64,000 nt of DNA from an uncultured Acidobacteriota bacterium (GTDB lineage Bacteria; Acidobacteriota; UBA6911): the NCBI GenBank assembly GCA_963839475.1, contig CAWIVH010000012.1, positions 407,711 to 471,710 of the forward strand. Reading direction: 5' to 3'. Position 1 is the first letter of the stretch. The number at the start of each line of letters is the position of its first letter. Below the pieces are notes generated by a model. That model worked only from the letters and a program-made list of their open reading frames with translations, was not told the DNA's origin and did no database searches. This document shows positions 56,101 through 63,948 of the stretch, in pieces. The position numbers were made by a program, and so were the translations under genes.

Positions 56101-57332
56101 TATGGGATGACCGTCTTGGAAAAGCCCTGTTAGCCAAGGTCCAGAATGAAAGTCTTAGCCCTCCCTGTTTGACCTTTCTGCTTGAGATGCTTCTCAAGCA
56201 GAAAGCCCCAGGGGCGAATGCGTTTGTCCGATCCCTTGTGCAAACACAGCACATCATAGACCCCGGATACCGCAACAGAGCGTTGACAGCAGCGCGCTGC
56301 CTTCTCTTCTCGTCCGACGATGCCGGATGGTCCGAAATCTGGCCAACCATTCTTGCAGACGTTGCTTTCGGCCGCGACCTCATTGCGATGTCGGTAGACC
56401 CCGTTGAGGGTCAGAATGCCCGCATTCCGAAGAAGTTATCAGAAGATCAGTTGGCAGATTTGTTCATTTGGGTTGCCAACGAATACCCGTACTCGGAAGA
56501 TCCAAATATTAATGGAGCTGGCCCCGCAGGATCCAGGCAAGGTATTGCCTGGTGGAAGAACGCAATATTGCACGAGCTGATCGCACGTGGAAATTATTCT
56601 GCGGTGCATGCGATGCAGCGCATCGCTAGCGCATTGCCCCAGCTCGATTGGCTACGGTGGTCGGTATATCAGGCTCTGGAGAGTGCCCGGATTCAGACGT
56701 GGACACCCGCAAAACCACAGGAGTTGGTGACCTATTTTCGCGATCAGGACAAACGACTTGTCCAAAACGGTAATCAGCTGCTCGAAGTCATCATTGAGTC
56801 TCTCGAAAGGATGGAAGCAAGGTTGCAGGGCGAAACTCCTGCCGCAATATATCTTTGGAATAAGATTGATCAAAAGCTCTATCGTCCCAAAGATGAGAAC
56901 GAGCTTTCCGACTTCGTAAAGATCCATTTTGATTCTGATCTGAGGGATAGAGGAATCATCGTCAACCGTGAGGTCGAGATCCGCCGTGGGCAGGAAACTG
57001 ATATCCGTGTAGATGCACTTGTACGAAAGAACCAGGACATTTTTGATCAAGTCACGGTAATAATCGAGACAAAGGGATGCTGGCATCGAGAGCTAGAGGT
57101 CGCCATGGAAAGACAACTTCTCGACCGCTACCTGAGGGAGAACCGGTGCCAATACGGACTATATCTTGTAGGATGGTTTTCTTCCGACAAATGGGACGAC
57201 GGAGACTATAGAAAAAGGGTAGCGCCATCATACTCGATCGAGGAGGCGCGCCGTCGATTCGAAGACCAGGCTGCGCAAGTGCCGAGAAATAAGGAGATAA
57301 TCCGGTCCTTCGTTTTGGATATCACCATCTGA
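53130..57332 (+). CDS. 1400-aa STAND/NACHT-like P-loop NTPase - HEAT/ARM-like repeat array - C-terminal PD-(D/E)xK nuclease-like domain
   Basis: Walker A LLGEPGIGKTTAM, Walker B LHLFLDSLDEC near the N-terminus. About 800 aa of HEAT-like repeats (for example DIALDPQQSHDIRVNAAYSLVEMGDEEMRL). C-terminal E…DIRVDALV…VIIETKGCW matching E-D-ExK restriction-endonuclease-fold spacing. Confidence 0.7.
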   Translation: MVMTKRSYGWKRFWCPRGGTFSLSDGGYLIDPDSEYGRLLHPGAVSFSEMQGSPCLMLLGEPGIGKTTAMASHYSLSVAEASKTGDAVRWVDLNSFQTDAMLVREIFESDDFQEWLNGTHRLHLFLDSLDECLLRIDCVTALLIKELNKCPIERLALRIACRTVDWPEGMEGALTHLWENQSVDPYELLPLRRLDVQEAARIEGVDPQAFLAEIEDKQAVPLAIKPITLAFLLNKYRKEKQLPTRQAMLYRDGCRLLCEELNQSRRDSRQIGSLTAEQRLMVAGRLAAVTTLGNRFAVWTGTDLGEIPESDVAAAELVGGSEEIDDNAFVISEAAILETLGTGLFSARGPHRLGWAHKTYAEFLAAFYLVNKRFSPKQILTILTHPGDPEANLIPQLHETAVWVAGMVPDVFNLIMEKEPEVLLKSDVAAADVSDRERLVDKLLISYDKGKLLDRDRNLRSQYRKLSCPTLAEQLRPYIRDTSKDVVARRAAIQMAYANEVKELQGDLLDIALDPQQSHDIRVNAAYSLVEMGDEEMRLRLKPLAEGTAGEDPDDELKGCGLSALWPSHLTAADVFSILSLPKRESLFGVYRRFLLHELPDKLKPEDLPIALDWILKNVQIHAFPYALEGLKDAIILKAWQSLEIPAVLDAFAITVLLLLKSDHEIISRFASRDNKQFLGGQEDRRLLVAKRVMQYIGHHEEENLFWLGYGQTSLINSADVPWIIDIMRGSKSDVIQSNLAKLVRIILDWRNPDHLDAIIVSSREIPALQREFDWFLNFVEFTSPRAEEMKNRYAEEQSWQQRPARPPLDPPPDERIITALNQCEPGAHLQFIQLTFDMTLEPNSTEYPPAFSSDLTDCPGWKNADPSIRARIIEAAKQYIFQVDPETASWLGSNTYPYKMLTGYKAFRLIFREAPMMLSVLTTATWQKWIGTLLTYPIYSDSPEEEFKKALLKVAYPHAADDLVNCVFILIDKANGKSEPPFELEVILGIWDDRLGKALLAKVQNESLSPPCLTFLLEMLLKQKAPGANAFVRSLVQTQHIIDPGYRNRALTAARCLLFSSDDAGWSEIWPTILADVAFGRDLIAMSVDPVEGQNARIPKKLSEDQLADLFIWVANEYPYSEDPNINGAGPAGSRQGIAWWKNAILHELIARGNYSAVHAMQRIASALPQLDWLRWSVYQALESARIQTWTPAKPQELVTYFRDQDKRLVQNGNQLLEVIIESLERMEARLQGETPAAIYLWNKIDQKLYRPKDENELSDFVKIHFDSDLRDRGIIVNREVEIRRGQETDIRVDALVRKNQDIFDQVTVIIETKGCWHRELEVAMERQLLDRYLRENRCQYGLYLVGWFSSDKWDDGDYRKRVAPSYSIEEARRRFEDQAAQVPRNKEIIRSFVLDITI

Positions 57333-57595
57333 GCTATGTGAAATAAGTGATTGATCTACTGCGCGGTTGAGAATCGAAGAAGCTGAGAGTCCAGAACAGC
57401 AATTGCCAAAACGGGTGGTTTTGCAGACAGGTGCTCCAAATTGTGCCAGGCCTGTCATGCGGGCTTTGTTCGAAAACCGAATGACGCATAAGCCTCAAGG
57501 TTCTGAGGTGTCTCCTATCGGCTACAATGCCGATGCTTTCAGTTTGTGCTCGATCTCCGCTGTGTAACGCAATCCTGATTCTTGAGAGGGGCATC

Positions 57596-59899
57596 ATGCT
57601 CGATGAACGGATCAAAGAGAAACTTGTGGAGGGCTACAAGCGATTGCAGGAGGAGGGAAAACTCCTCTCGATGGCCCAACTTGAGGAGGCTTACCGGACC
57701 TTCCGCAGCCGGTTCGGACCTGAGCGGCTAGCCAATCTGGGCGGAGAAGCGTTGCTAAACCTGATGCATGCTCATGGCAACAAGGACAGCCTCGTATACT
57801 GGCTCGAATTCAAAGATGACGAGGAGTTCCCGGACCATTTCGGAGGTATTGGCGGGGGAAGCGCCCTTAAGTTCGGAATCTTCCGCCGCAAGGAGACAGG
57901 TTCCTGGGCGACCGCCGACGAGAGCAACAATCCCAAAGACATAACCCTTGAAGAGGCAATCGCGTTCGCACAGCGGCACCGGGATGAGCTGCTCAAAGGC
58001 GTAGAGGTCCTAACGAAGCTCCCCCCCAAGGGCACGGACCAGGACTACCTGAATCTCCAAGAGGAATTGGACCGCATTGCCCCGAGCGTCAGCGATCTCG
58101 CATGGGGGCACAAGTATTTCAGCCTCATCTTCCCTGAGAAACTCGATGATTATCACGTCGCGGATTTGCAGCGTTTTCACCTACTTAAGATGATGGTGCT
58201 GCCCCCCGAGGGCAGAGGCCGATACTTGTGCGCCGGCAGATTCGTGGCTGCCGCGGCCGAACTCGATATCCCCATGAATCATCTCACCACCGTCTTGAAT
58301 CTCGTCAATCTCGCCAACGGAAAGAAACATCGTTACTGGCGGGTCGGAACGAGCGATGGCACCAAGCCTCGGAATCGATGGAGCCTGATGCGGGATGAGA
58401 ATTGCGTGGCCGTCGGATGGCCGGACGTCGGCGACCTGTCAGCATTCGATGGGAGCAAGGAGTCCAGAGAGAAACTCCGCGGTTTGATGGCGGAAAAATA
58501 CCCGAGCGTTGCCAGTCAGGTGGGGAACGCGACAGGCCAGCTCTTCAGCTTCGTCCAGACCATTCAGAAGGGTGACCTCGTGCTGGCCGCCGACGGAGCC
58601 ACAGTGCTCGGGATCGCGAGGGTCGAAGGTGATTACCATTACGATGCCTCGTCCGATTTCCCGCATCGCCGTGATGTTGTCTGGCTTGCAAAAGAGGAAT
58701 GGAAAATGCCAAACCCGGAAGGCCTCCAGACAACCGTTCGGGAGGTAAAGAAATACCCAGAAAACATTCTGGAGGTTACGCGGCGCGTCCTCGAAACGCC
58801 GCCCAAGACGCCAACGGATGGGCCACCGATCCACGTTCCAATCCGCCGACTTCCGGTGATTCCGGAACGAATCAACTCCGCTGTAGAACGCAAGGGGCAG
58901 GTCATCCTATACGGTCCCCCCGGGACCGGCAAGACCTACTGGGCGGAAGTGGCAGCGAGGGAGATCGTGGCCGTATGCGAGTTTGGGAAGACCTATCAAG
59001 AGCTCGACACTAAGCAAAGGGAGGTCATCATTGGAACCGGCAAGAATGAAGGTCAGGTCAGATTGTGTTGTTTTCACCCGGCCTATGGCTACGAGGATTT
59101 CATAGAGGGCTATCGTCCTCACTCTCCCCACGGGCAAGTCGTCTTCGATCTCGAGGATGGCATTTTCAAACGATTGTGCAGGGACGCGGAGCGATCAAGC
59201 GGGAAACGCTTCTTTTTGATCATTGACGAGATCAACCGTGGCGACATACCCCGGATTTTTGGAGAGCTTCTGACCATTTTGGAAAAGGACAAGCGCGAAA
59301 AGTCGATCCTCCTGCCAGTTAGCCGCGAATCCTTCCAAGTTCCCAAGAACGTTTTCCTGATCGGGACAATGAACACTGCCGACAGGTCTATCTCGTTGAT
59401 AGATGCCGCCTTGCGCAGACGCTTTGCGTTTATAGAGTTGATGCCTGACAGTTCGCTGCTGGGGAACCAAAGTATTGCAGGACTCCCGCTGAGGCCCTGG
59501 TTTGAGGCTCTGAACAAGCGGGTCTGCGAGCACGTGGGACGCGATGCCCGCAACCTTCAAATCGGCCATTCATACCTTCTCTCCGGCGGACACCCTGTGA
59601 AGGATCTCGCGGCCTTCAAGAAAGCTATTCAAGACGACATCATTCCGCTACTGGAGGAGTACTGCTACGATAACCCGATCGCGCTGGAAAATATCCTTGG
59701 GAAAGGCCTATTCGACTCGCGAGCGCAACGGGTTCGTCATGAGCTTTTCGATGTAGAGAACGAAGAAAAGCTCGTTCAGGCCTTAATAGAGCCCAGCCCT
59801 GAAATCTTGGGCTCGGCACCTGCGCTGAAGAGCATGACGAGTGAAGAAGAAAGCAGCGCTGAGGAAGGCGACTCCAGTGAAACCGACGCCACTAAGTGA
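57596..59899 (+). CDS. mcrB: McrB-like AAA+ GTPase subunit with a ~440-aa N-terminal extension (PUA/EVE-like candidate reader)
   Basis: ILYGPPGTGKTYWA Walker A, FLIIDEINRGDIPRIFGELLT, and McrB-specific LIGTMNTADRSISLIDAALRRRF. The N-terminal HRYWRVGTSDGTKPRNRWSLMRDENCVAVGWPDVGDL… is PUA/EVE-like. GAGAGGGG SD before ATG 57596. Confidence 0.85.
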   Translation: MLDERIKEKLVEGYKRLQEEGKLLSMAQLEEAYRTFRSRFGPERLANLGGEALLNLMHAHGNKDSLVYWLEFKDDEEFPDHFGGIGGGSALKFGIFRRKETGSWATADESNNPKDITLEEAIAFAQRHRDELLKGVEVLTKLPPKGTDQDYLNLQEELDRIAPSVSDLAWGHKYFSLIFPEKLDDYHVADLQRFHLLKMMVLPPEGRGRYLCAGRFVAAAAELDIPMNHLTTVLNLVNLANGKKHRYWRVGTSDGTKPRNRWSLMRDENCVAVGWPDVGDLSAFDGSKESREKLRGLMAEKYPSVASQVGNATGQLFSFVQTIQKGDLVLAADGATVLGIARVEGDYHYDASSDFPHRRDVVWLAKEEWKMPNPEGLQTTVREVKKYPENILEVTRRVLETPPKTPTDGPPIHVPIRRLPVIPERINSAVERKGQVILYGPPGTGKTYWAEVAAREIVAVCEFGKTYQELDTKQREVIIGTGKNEGQVRLCCFHPAYGYEDFIEGYRPHSPHGQVVFDLEDGIFKRLCRDAERSSGKRFFLIIDEINRGDIPRIFGELLTILEKDKREKSILLPVSRESFQVPKNVFLIGTMNTADRSISLIDAALRRRFAFIELMPDSSLLGNQSIAGLPLRPWFEALNKRVCEHVGRDARNLQIGHSYLLSGGHPVKDLAAFKKAIQDDIIPLLEEYCYDNPIALENILGKGLFDSRAQRVRHELFDVENEEKLVQALIEPSPEILGSAPALKSMTSEEESSAEEGDSSETDATK

Positions 59900-61211
59900 A
59901 GGCTCCCCCATTCCGATAACACTTAGCGAGTGGGACATACTCACACCGAAATCCTGCCCAGAACTGGAAGACCTGTTCCTTGACGGGGATGCTGCAACGC
60001 TCAAACTCGTGGAGGGATTGTCCAATTCCGGATTGCTTCAAGTGACGGAACTGAGATCCGGCCTGATGATCAAGACATTTTCCTATGTGGGCCGGCTGAG
60101 ATTGGGAAACCTGAAGATTGCTATCAACCCCAAGATCGAGAGCAACCACCTCCTGGGTCTGCTTCGCTACGCATTTGGATTTCGGAACCTCCGTTTGGCC
60201 GCTAGAGTCGAGCAGAACGTTGGGGCATCAGGCTTTGAGGATCTGCTGGTCAGCCAGCTCAACGCCGAGGTGAAAGAGCTCATCGCGAGAGGGCTCCGGC
60301 GGGCGTACCTGCGATCTGAAGATGACCTGGTTTCGCCAAGGGGCAAGATCGATATTCAAAAACTGGCAAACCGCATCGGTATCGTCAGCCCCAAACTGCC
60401 ATGCTGCCATTACCCCAGGACCGAGGACATCATGCTGAACCGGGTTCTCGGGGCAGGATTGAAGTTGGCTGCTTCAGTTGCGGATGATTTGGGGTTGAAG
60501 CGGGAATCCAATCGACTTGCGGACTTATTCGTGGACCGTGTTTCGCTGATTCGTCTCAATGCGTCGGTTCTCGATTCTCTTGAGCGTCAGATGAACCGGC
60601 TAACGGTCGCCTACGAACCGGCCTTCTCAATCATCAGGCTGCTGTGCGAATCGCAAGGAGTCCTTTTCGAGGGAATCGGGGCTCCGATTCGCCTGCCTGG
60701 ATTTCTCTTCGACATGAACCGATTCTTTCAGGCCCTGGTTTCGCGCTTCCTCAGGGAAAACCTCCCTGATTGGACTGTGAGAGATGAGTATCGCCTGACC
60801 GGAATGATGCGGTACGCGCCTGAGTTCAATCCACTGCATCGAACGTCGCCCAGCCCGCGGCCTGATTTTGCGGTCATGTCGGGGGAGAAAGTCGTCGCGA
60901 TTCTCGACGCCAAATACCGGGACCTCTGGGAGGAGAAACTGCCTCGCGAAATGCTGTATCAGCTGGCAGTCTATGCCATCTCGCGATCTGAGGGGAAGGC
61001 CATCATTCTATACCCGACCGAGCATCCTGAAGCCCGAGAAGCCCGAATAGACGTTCACGACCCGATTTCGCGCCGAGAAATCGCCAGGGTATGGCTGCGA
61101 CCCGTGATCCTGCCCCACCTGGCACTACTGGTGATGACGCACCGCTCAGCAAAGACAGTTCGGGATTGCGCTTCATATGCCAAGTGGCTTGCATTCGGTT
61201 GTGGTGCCTAA
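59841..61211 (+). CDS. mcrC: McrC-like PD-(D/E)xK endonuclease subunit
   Basis: PDFAVMSGEKVVAILDAKYRDLW…YQLAVYA is the McrC D…DAKY nuclease core. Overlaps the mcrB 3' end; GTG 59877 is an alternative start. Confidence 0.8.
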   Translation: MKKKAALRKATPVKPTPLSEGSPIPITLSEWDILTPKSCPELEDLFLDGDAATLKLVEGLSNSGLLQVTELRSGLMIKTFSYVGRLRLGNLKIAINPKIESNHLLGLLRYAFGFRNLRLAARVEQNVGASGFEDLLVSQLNAEVKELIARGLRRAYLRSEDDLVSPRGKIDIQKLANRIGIVSPKLPCCHYPRTEDIMLNRVLGAGLKLAASVADDLGLKRESNRLADLFVDRVSLIRLNASVLDSLERQMNRLTVAYEPAFSIIRLLCESQGVLFEGIGAPIRLPGFLFDMNRFFQALVSRFLRENLPDWTVRDEYRLTGMMRYAPEFNPLHRTSPSPRPDFAVMSGEKVVAILDAKYRDLWEEKLPREMLYQLAVYAISRSEGKAIILYPTEHPEAREARIDVHDPISRREIARVWLRPVILPHLALLVMTHRSAKTVRDCASYAKWLAFGCGA

Positions 61212-61429
61212 GGGAATCTTCCGGCGGTCCCATCCCTTGAGGATGACTATCAAAGATTGTCGAAATGATGGCGTCGCCTGATGCGAGTCCGGAATTTCAG
61301 GCTACGGCGTCGTTGTCATCCGTACGGTTACAGTCATCCTTAAATTGGCGGGCGCTCCAGATGGTGGCGATTAACGACAGGGCGCAGAGAGGGAAGAAAG
61401 CCGCAAGAATCGGTCGTTTCATTGTTACC

Positions 61430-61714
61430 TCACGCCGTTTTGGTCGTTCCGAAAGTTCTCTGCCACAGGTTCGTGGCCTTCAGCGCCCGTAGGACACCTT
61501 CTGCAGCCTGGTCGAGGCCGGCTACGAATTCCGCCTCGTCGACGATGTCCCGGCCCAAAGCCAGCTCGCCGACGCCGATCGCGTTCTTCAGAAAATCCAT
61601 GATAGCTGCCTTTTTGGTCTCCCCGGTCCCGGGACCGAAAACTGCCTGCAAGCCGAACATTTGAACAACGGCGTCCTTCAGGGCGCCGCCGATGCGTTTC
61701 AATAGGTTGATCAT
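61430..61714 (-). CDS. Hypothetical protein (94 aa)
   Basis: ORF following the membrane/coiled-coil gene on the same strand. No motif recognised. Confidence 0.3.
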   Translation of the reverse strand: MINLLKRIGGALKDAVVQMFGLQAVFGPGTGETKKAAIMDFLKNAIGVGELALGRDIVDEAEFVAGLDQAAEGVLRALKATNLWQRTFGTTKTA

Positions 61715-61723
61715 ATTTTCTCC

Positions 61724-62446
61724 CTAGAAAAATGCCCGCGCGAGGGCGGACAGGATTTGACTCAGCAAAATAGCTTTCCTGTAGCGGGAACTGGTCGCGG
61801 CGATCCGCTCGACGTCGGCAGCGATCCGCGGCATCTGTTTGGACGCCTCCTCGAGGTTCGCCGCCACGTTGTCGGTGTGGTCCGCAATTTGGCTTGTTTC
61901 CGCCAGGATGGATTTGATGGCGGGGTCTGACAGGATTGAATGAATGTCATTCCCGGCCTGAATGATCTGGGTGGTCGCCGCCTCGGCCGATTCTTGCGTG
62001 GCCGCGATGGCCTCAGTCGCGCCCGTAAGCACGCGCTTCGATTCCGGCAGCAGCTCCGCGTTTACTGACTTGTCCGTTGCCTGAATTGCCCTGTCGAGAG
62101 ACGCCGTCGCATTTGAGAGGTTGTCGAGAACACCCATCGCACGGGGGATCACCTCGCGGTTGATGAGCCTGCCGGTGCCGTTGAAGACGGCAAGAGCCTG
62201 GATTCCGGCGTCAAGGGCTTTCTGGTTGCGCGGATCCATAAGCTGTCGTGTCTGGTGCTGCGAGTATTCCGAGACGGCGGCCGCCGTCTTTCTCAGTTCC
62301 TGGGCCACACCTGTGATTTCAGCAGCCGCGGCTGTTGCAGATTGCGAGACTCTCCCGATCTCCCGGAATGCCAGGCCCGCCCCGACCAAGGCAAAAATGG
62401 CGGCGATCAGGCAGAGACATTTCAGACAATCAATAAGGGTTCTCAT
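61724..62446 (-). CDS. Membrane-anchored Ala/Thr/Gln-rich alpha-helical protein (spanin-like or structural)
   Basis: N-terminal TM LIDCLKCLCLIAAIFALVGAGLAF then a long helical region. ATGA-coupled to the upstream small TM gene. Confidence 0.35.
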   Translation of the reverse strand: MRTLIDCLKCLCLIAAIFALVGAGLAFREIGRVSQSATAAAAEITGVAQELRKTAAAVSEYSQHQTRQLMDPRNQKALDAGIQALAVFNGTGRLINREVIPRAMGVLDNLSNATASLDRAIQATDKSVNAELLPESKRVLTGATEAIAATQESAEAATTQIIQAGNDIHSILSDPAIKSILAETSQIADHTDNVAANLEEASKQMPRIAADVERIAATSSRYRKAILLSQILSALARAFF

Positions 62447-62652
62447 TTCCGTGGATCCTGATTGTCGGCGCCGCTCCCATTGCCGCTTCTTCTCAGAACT
62501 GCGCCCGTAATAAGAGCGATCAGAGCACCCGCGAACAGGTTCACCAGGTCGAACAGTTTTGGCTCGCGCACCCAGGCCCACAAAAGGAGCACAAAGACGA
62601 TCAGAAGCCCGAGCATCGTCTTGTCGTTGCGCATCCAGTCGTGCCAATCCAT
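62443..62652 (-). CDS. Small two-TM protein (holin-like, 69 aa)
   Basis: Two hydrophobic helices (LGLLIVFVLLLWAWV; LVNLFAGALIALITGAVL) and a charged C-terminus, immediately downstream of the muramidase gene. Confidence 0.35.
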   Translation of the reverse strand: MDWHDWMRNDKTMLGLLIVFVLLLWAWVREPKLFDLVNLFAGALIALITGAVLRRSGNGSGADNQDPRK

Positions 62653-62656
62653 TTTT

Positions 62657-63175
62657 TCAGGCCTCCAGTTTCAGGTATTGCTCCGCAAATCGCAGGGCCG
62701 ATGCGGCGTAGTCACCGTGCGCCGTCAGGCTATCGACATCGCGGCCCTGCTCGATCGCCTTGAGGACCCGGCCTTCGCCGGCGTTGTAGGCGGCGATCGA
62801 TGCCCTTTCCAGGTCGTCGTTCGTGAGCCGGAAGCCGATGGTCCTGGCTGCGAGGAACGCCCGCTTGCGGCCAAGCACCCAGGCGCCCATTTCGATGTTC
62901 TTCGCGGCATCCTTCCAATCAGAGCCAGCGCAGAATTCGGGGAAGGAGCGGTCGTCAATCTGGCAGAGTCCGTGGCCGTGGCATCGGCCCTCCTTATCGC
63001 AGTCGCCGCGGCCCTCAGGGCCCTGGCGGTCGAGCAGATGAGAGAGGCCTCCGTTCGTCTCGCGCATGATGATCCCGGCGAGGACCTCCGGCCGATGGCG
63101 GTGCTTCAAGGCAGCGTCGGCGATCATCCCGCCATAGGTCTCCCTGATGAACCGCAGGATCTCAGTTTCGCTCAT
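62657..63175 (-). CDS. SLT-domain lytic transglycosylase / endolysin-like muramidase
   Basis: Catalytic E in IIMRETNGG, GLCQID (GLMQ-type) and AAYNAGEGRV (AYNAG) SLT motifs. Confidence 0.7.
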   Translation of the reverse strand: MSETEILRFIRETYGGMIADAALKHRHRPEVLAGIIMRETNGGLSHLLDRQGPEGRGDCDKEGRCHGHGLCQIDDRSFPEFCAGSDWKDAAKNIEMGAWVLGRKRAFLAARTIGFRLTNDDLERASIAAYNAGEGRVLKAIEQGRDVDSLTAHGDYAASALRFAEQYLKLEA

Positions 63176-63467
63176 GGATCCTCTCAGTCAGGGCGTCGAT
63201 ACGCTCTTCGAGCCTGTCAATCTTCCGTTCGATCCGCTCCAGCCGCTCGTGCTCGTCGAGCTTGCGGCGGTCCTCGAGGACGCAGACCGCATGCGGCTGG
63301 CTGCTTGTAATGTGACCGTCGCGCCACTCTTCGAGTGCACCGACCCGGTTCTTGAGTTCCCCGGTCAGGTTCTTTACGCGGTCGAGGAGGACGATTCCGG
63401 TCACGACAAGGATCGCAATTTCAATTAAGGCGCCGGCCGCGCCCTCAAGTATCAGTTTTCCCATCAA
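63162..63467 (-). CDS. N-terminal TM plus coiled-coil protein (i-spanin/holin-like)
   Basis: TM AGALIEIAILVVTGIVLL followed by heptad-rich …LERIERKIDRLEERIDALTERIHE. Overlaps the start of the muramidase gene. Confidence 0.35.
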   Translation of the reverse strand: MMGKLILEGAAGALIEIAILVVTGIVLLDRVKNLTGELKNRVGALEEWRDGHITSSQPHAVCVLEDRRKLDEHERLERIERKIDRLEERIDALTERIHERN

Positions 63468-63549
63468 CCCACCTTTCGCCTTTCAAGCACACCCCGGCCC
63501 TTCGCGTCCAGCCAGGCGCGAGCTCTCAGCCTTCCGGAATCCATCGCGA

Positions 63550-63948
63550 TTAATCGGAGAGGAGCAGGATGAATTCCGGCATGAAGCCCTGGTTTCGGTA
63601 AACGGGGGTGGGGGCCAACGACCAGTCCCGCATGAAGATCCCGGTCAGTTCCGAGACGAAGCTGCCGCAATATGCCCTGGCTGTCCCGCCTGGGGCGAGG
63701 CTTATCCCCTGCCTGAGTTCCACTTTCCGGGCATCCCGGAAAAGCCAGGGGTCGGAGCGGACAAATTCAAAGAGCCCCCTGGAGGCATAGGCCCCGTTTA
63801 CTTCGACTGCAACGGCCGATATGAACTCCCGCTTGTGCACGCGGTCGGGATTCGGCGCGGTGTCGATGGTCTGTTTAATCTCGATCCGCTTCCCCTGAAC
63901 CGCCGAGAACACCTTCGACTCGAAATACTCCCCACCCGATATGAACAC
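63550..63948 (-). CDS. Hypothetical protein (132 aa)
   Basis: ORF with reasonable coding look. No motif recognised. Confidence 0.3.
   Translation of the reverse strand: MFISGGEYFESKVFSAVQGKRIEIKQTIDTAPNPDRVHKREFISAVAVEVNGAYASRGLFEFVRSDPWLFRDARKVELRQGISLAPGGTARAYCGSFVSELTGIFMRDWSLAPTPVYRNQGFMPEFILLLSD

Noticed and set aside
63225-63240. GTTCGATCCGCTCC resembling the tRNA T-arm/3' end as a possible attR
   Set aside because: Only a partial match (8 of 14 contiguous). It lies inside a coding region and does not extend to the acceptor-stem sequence.
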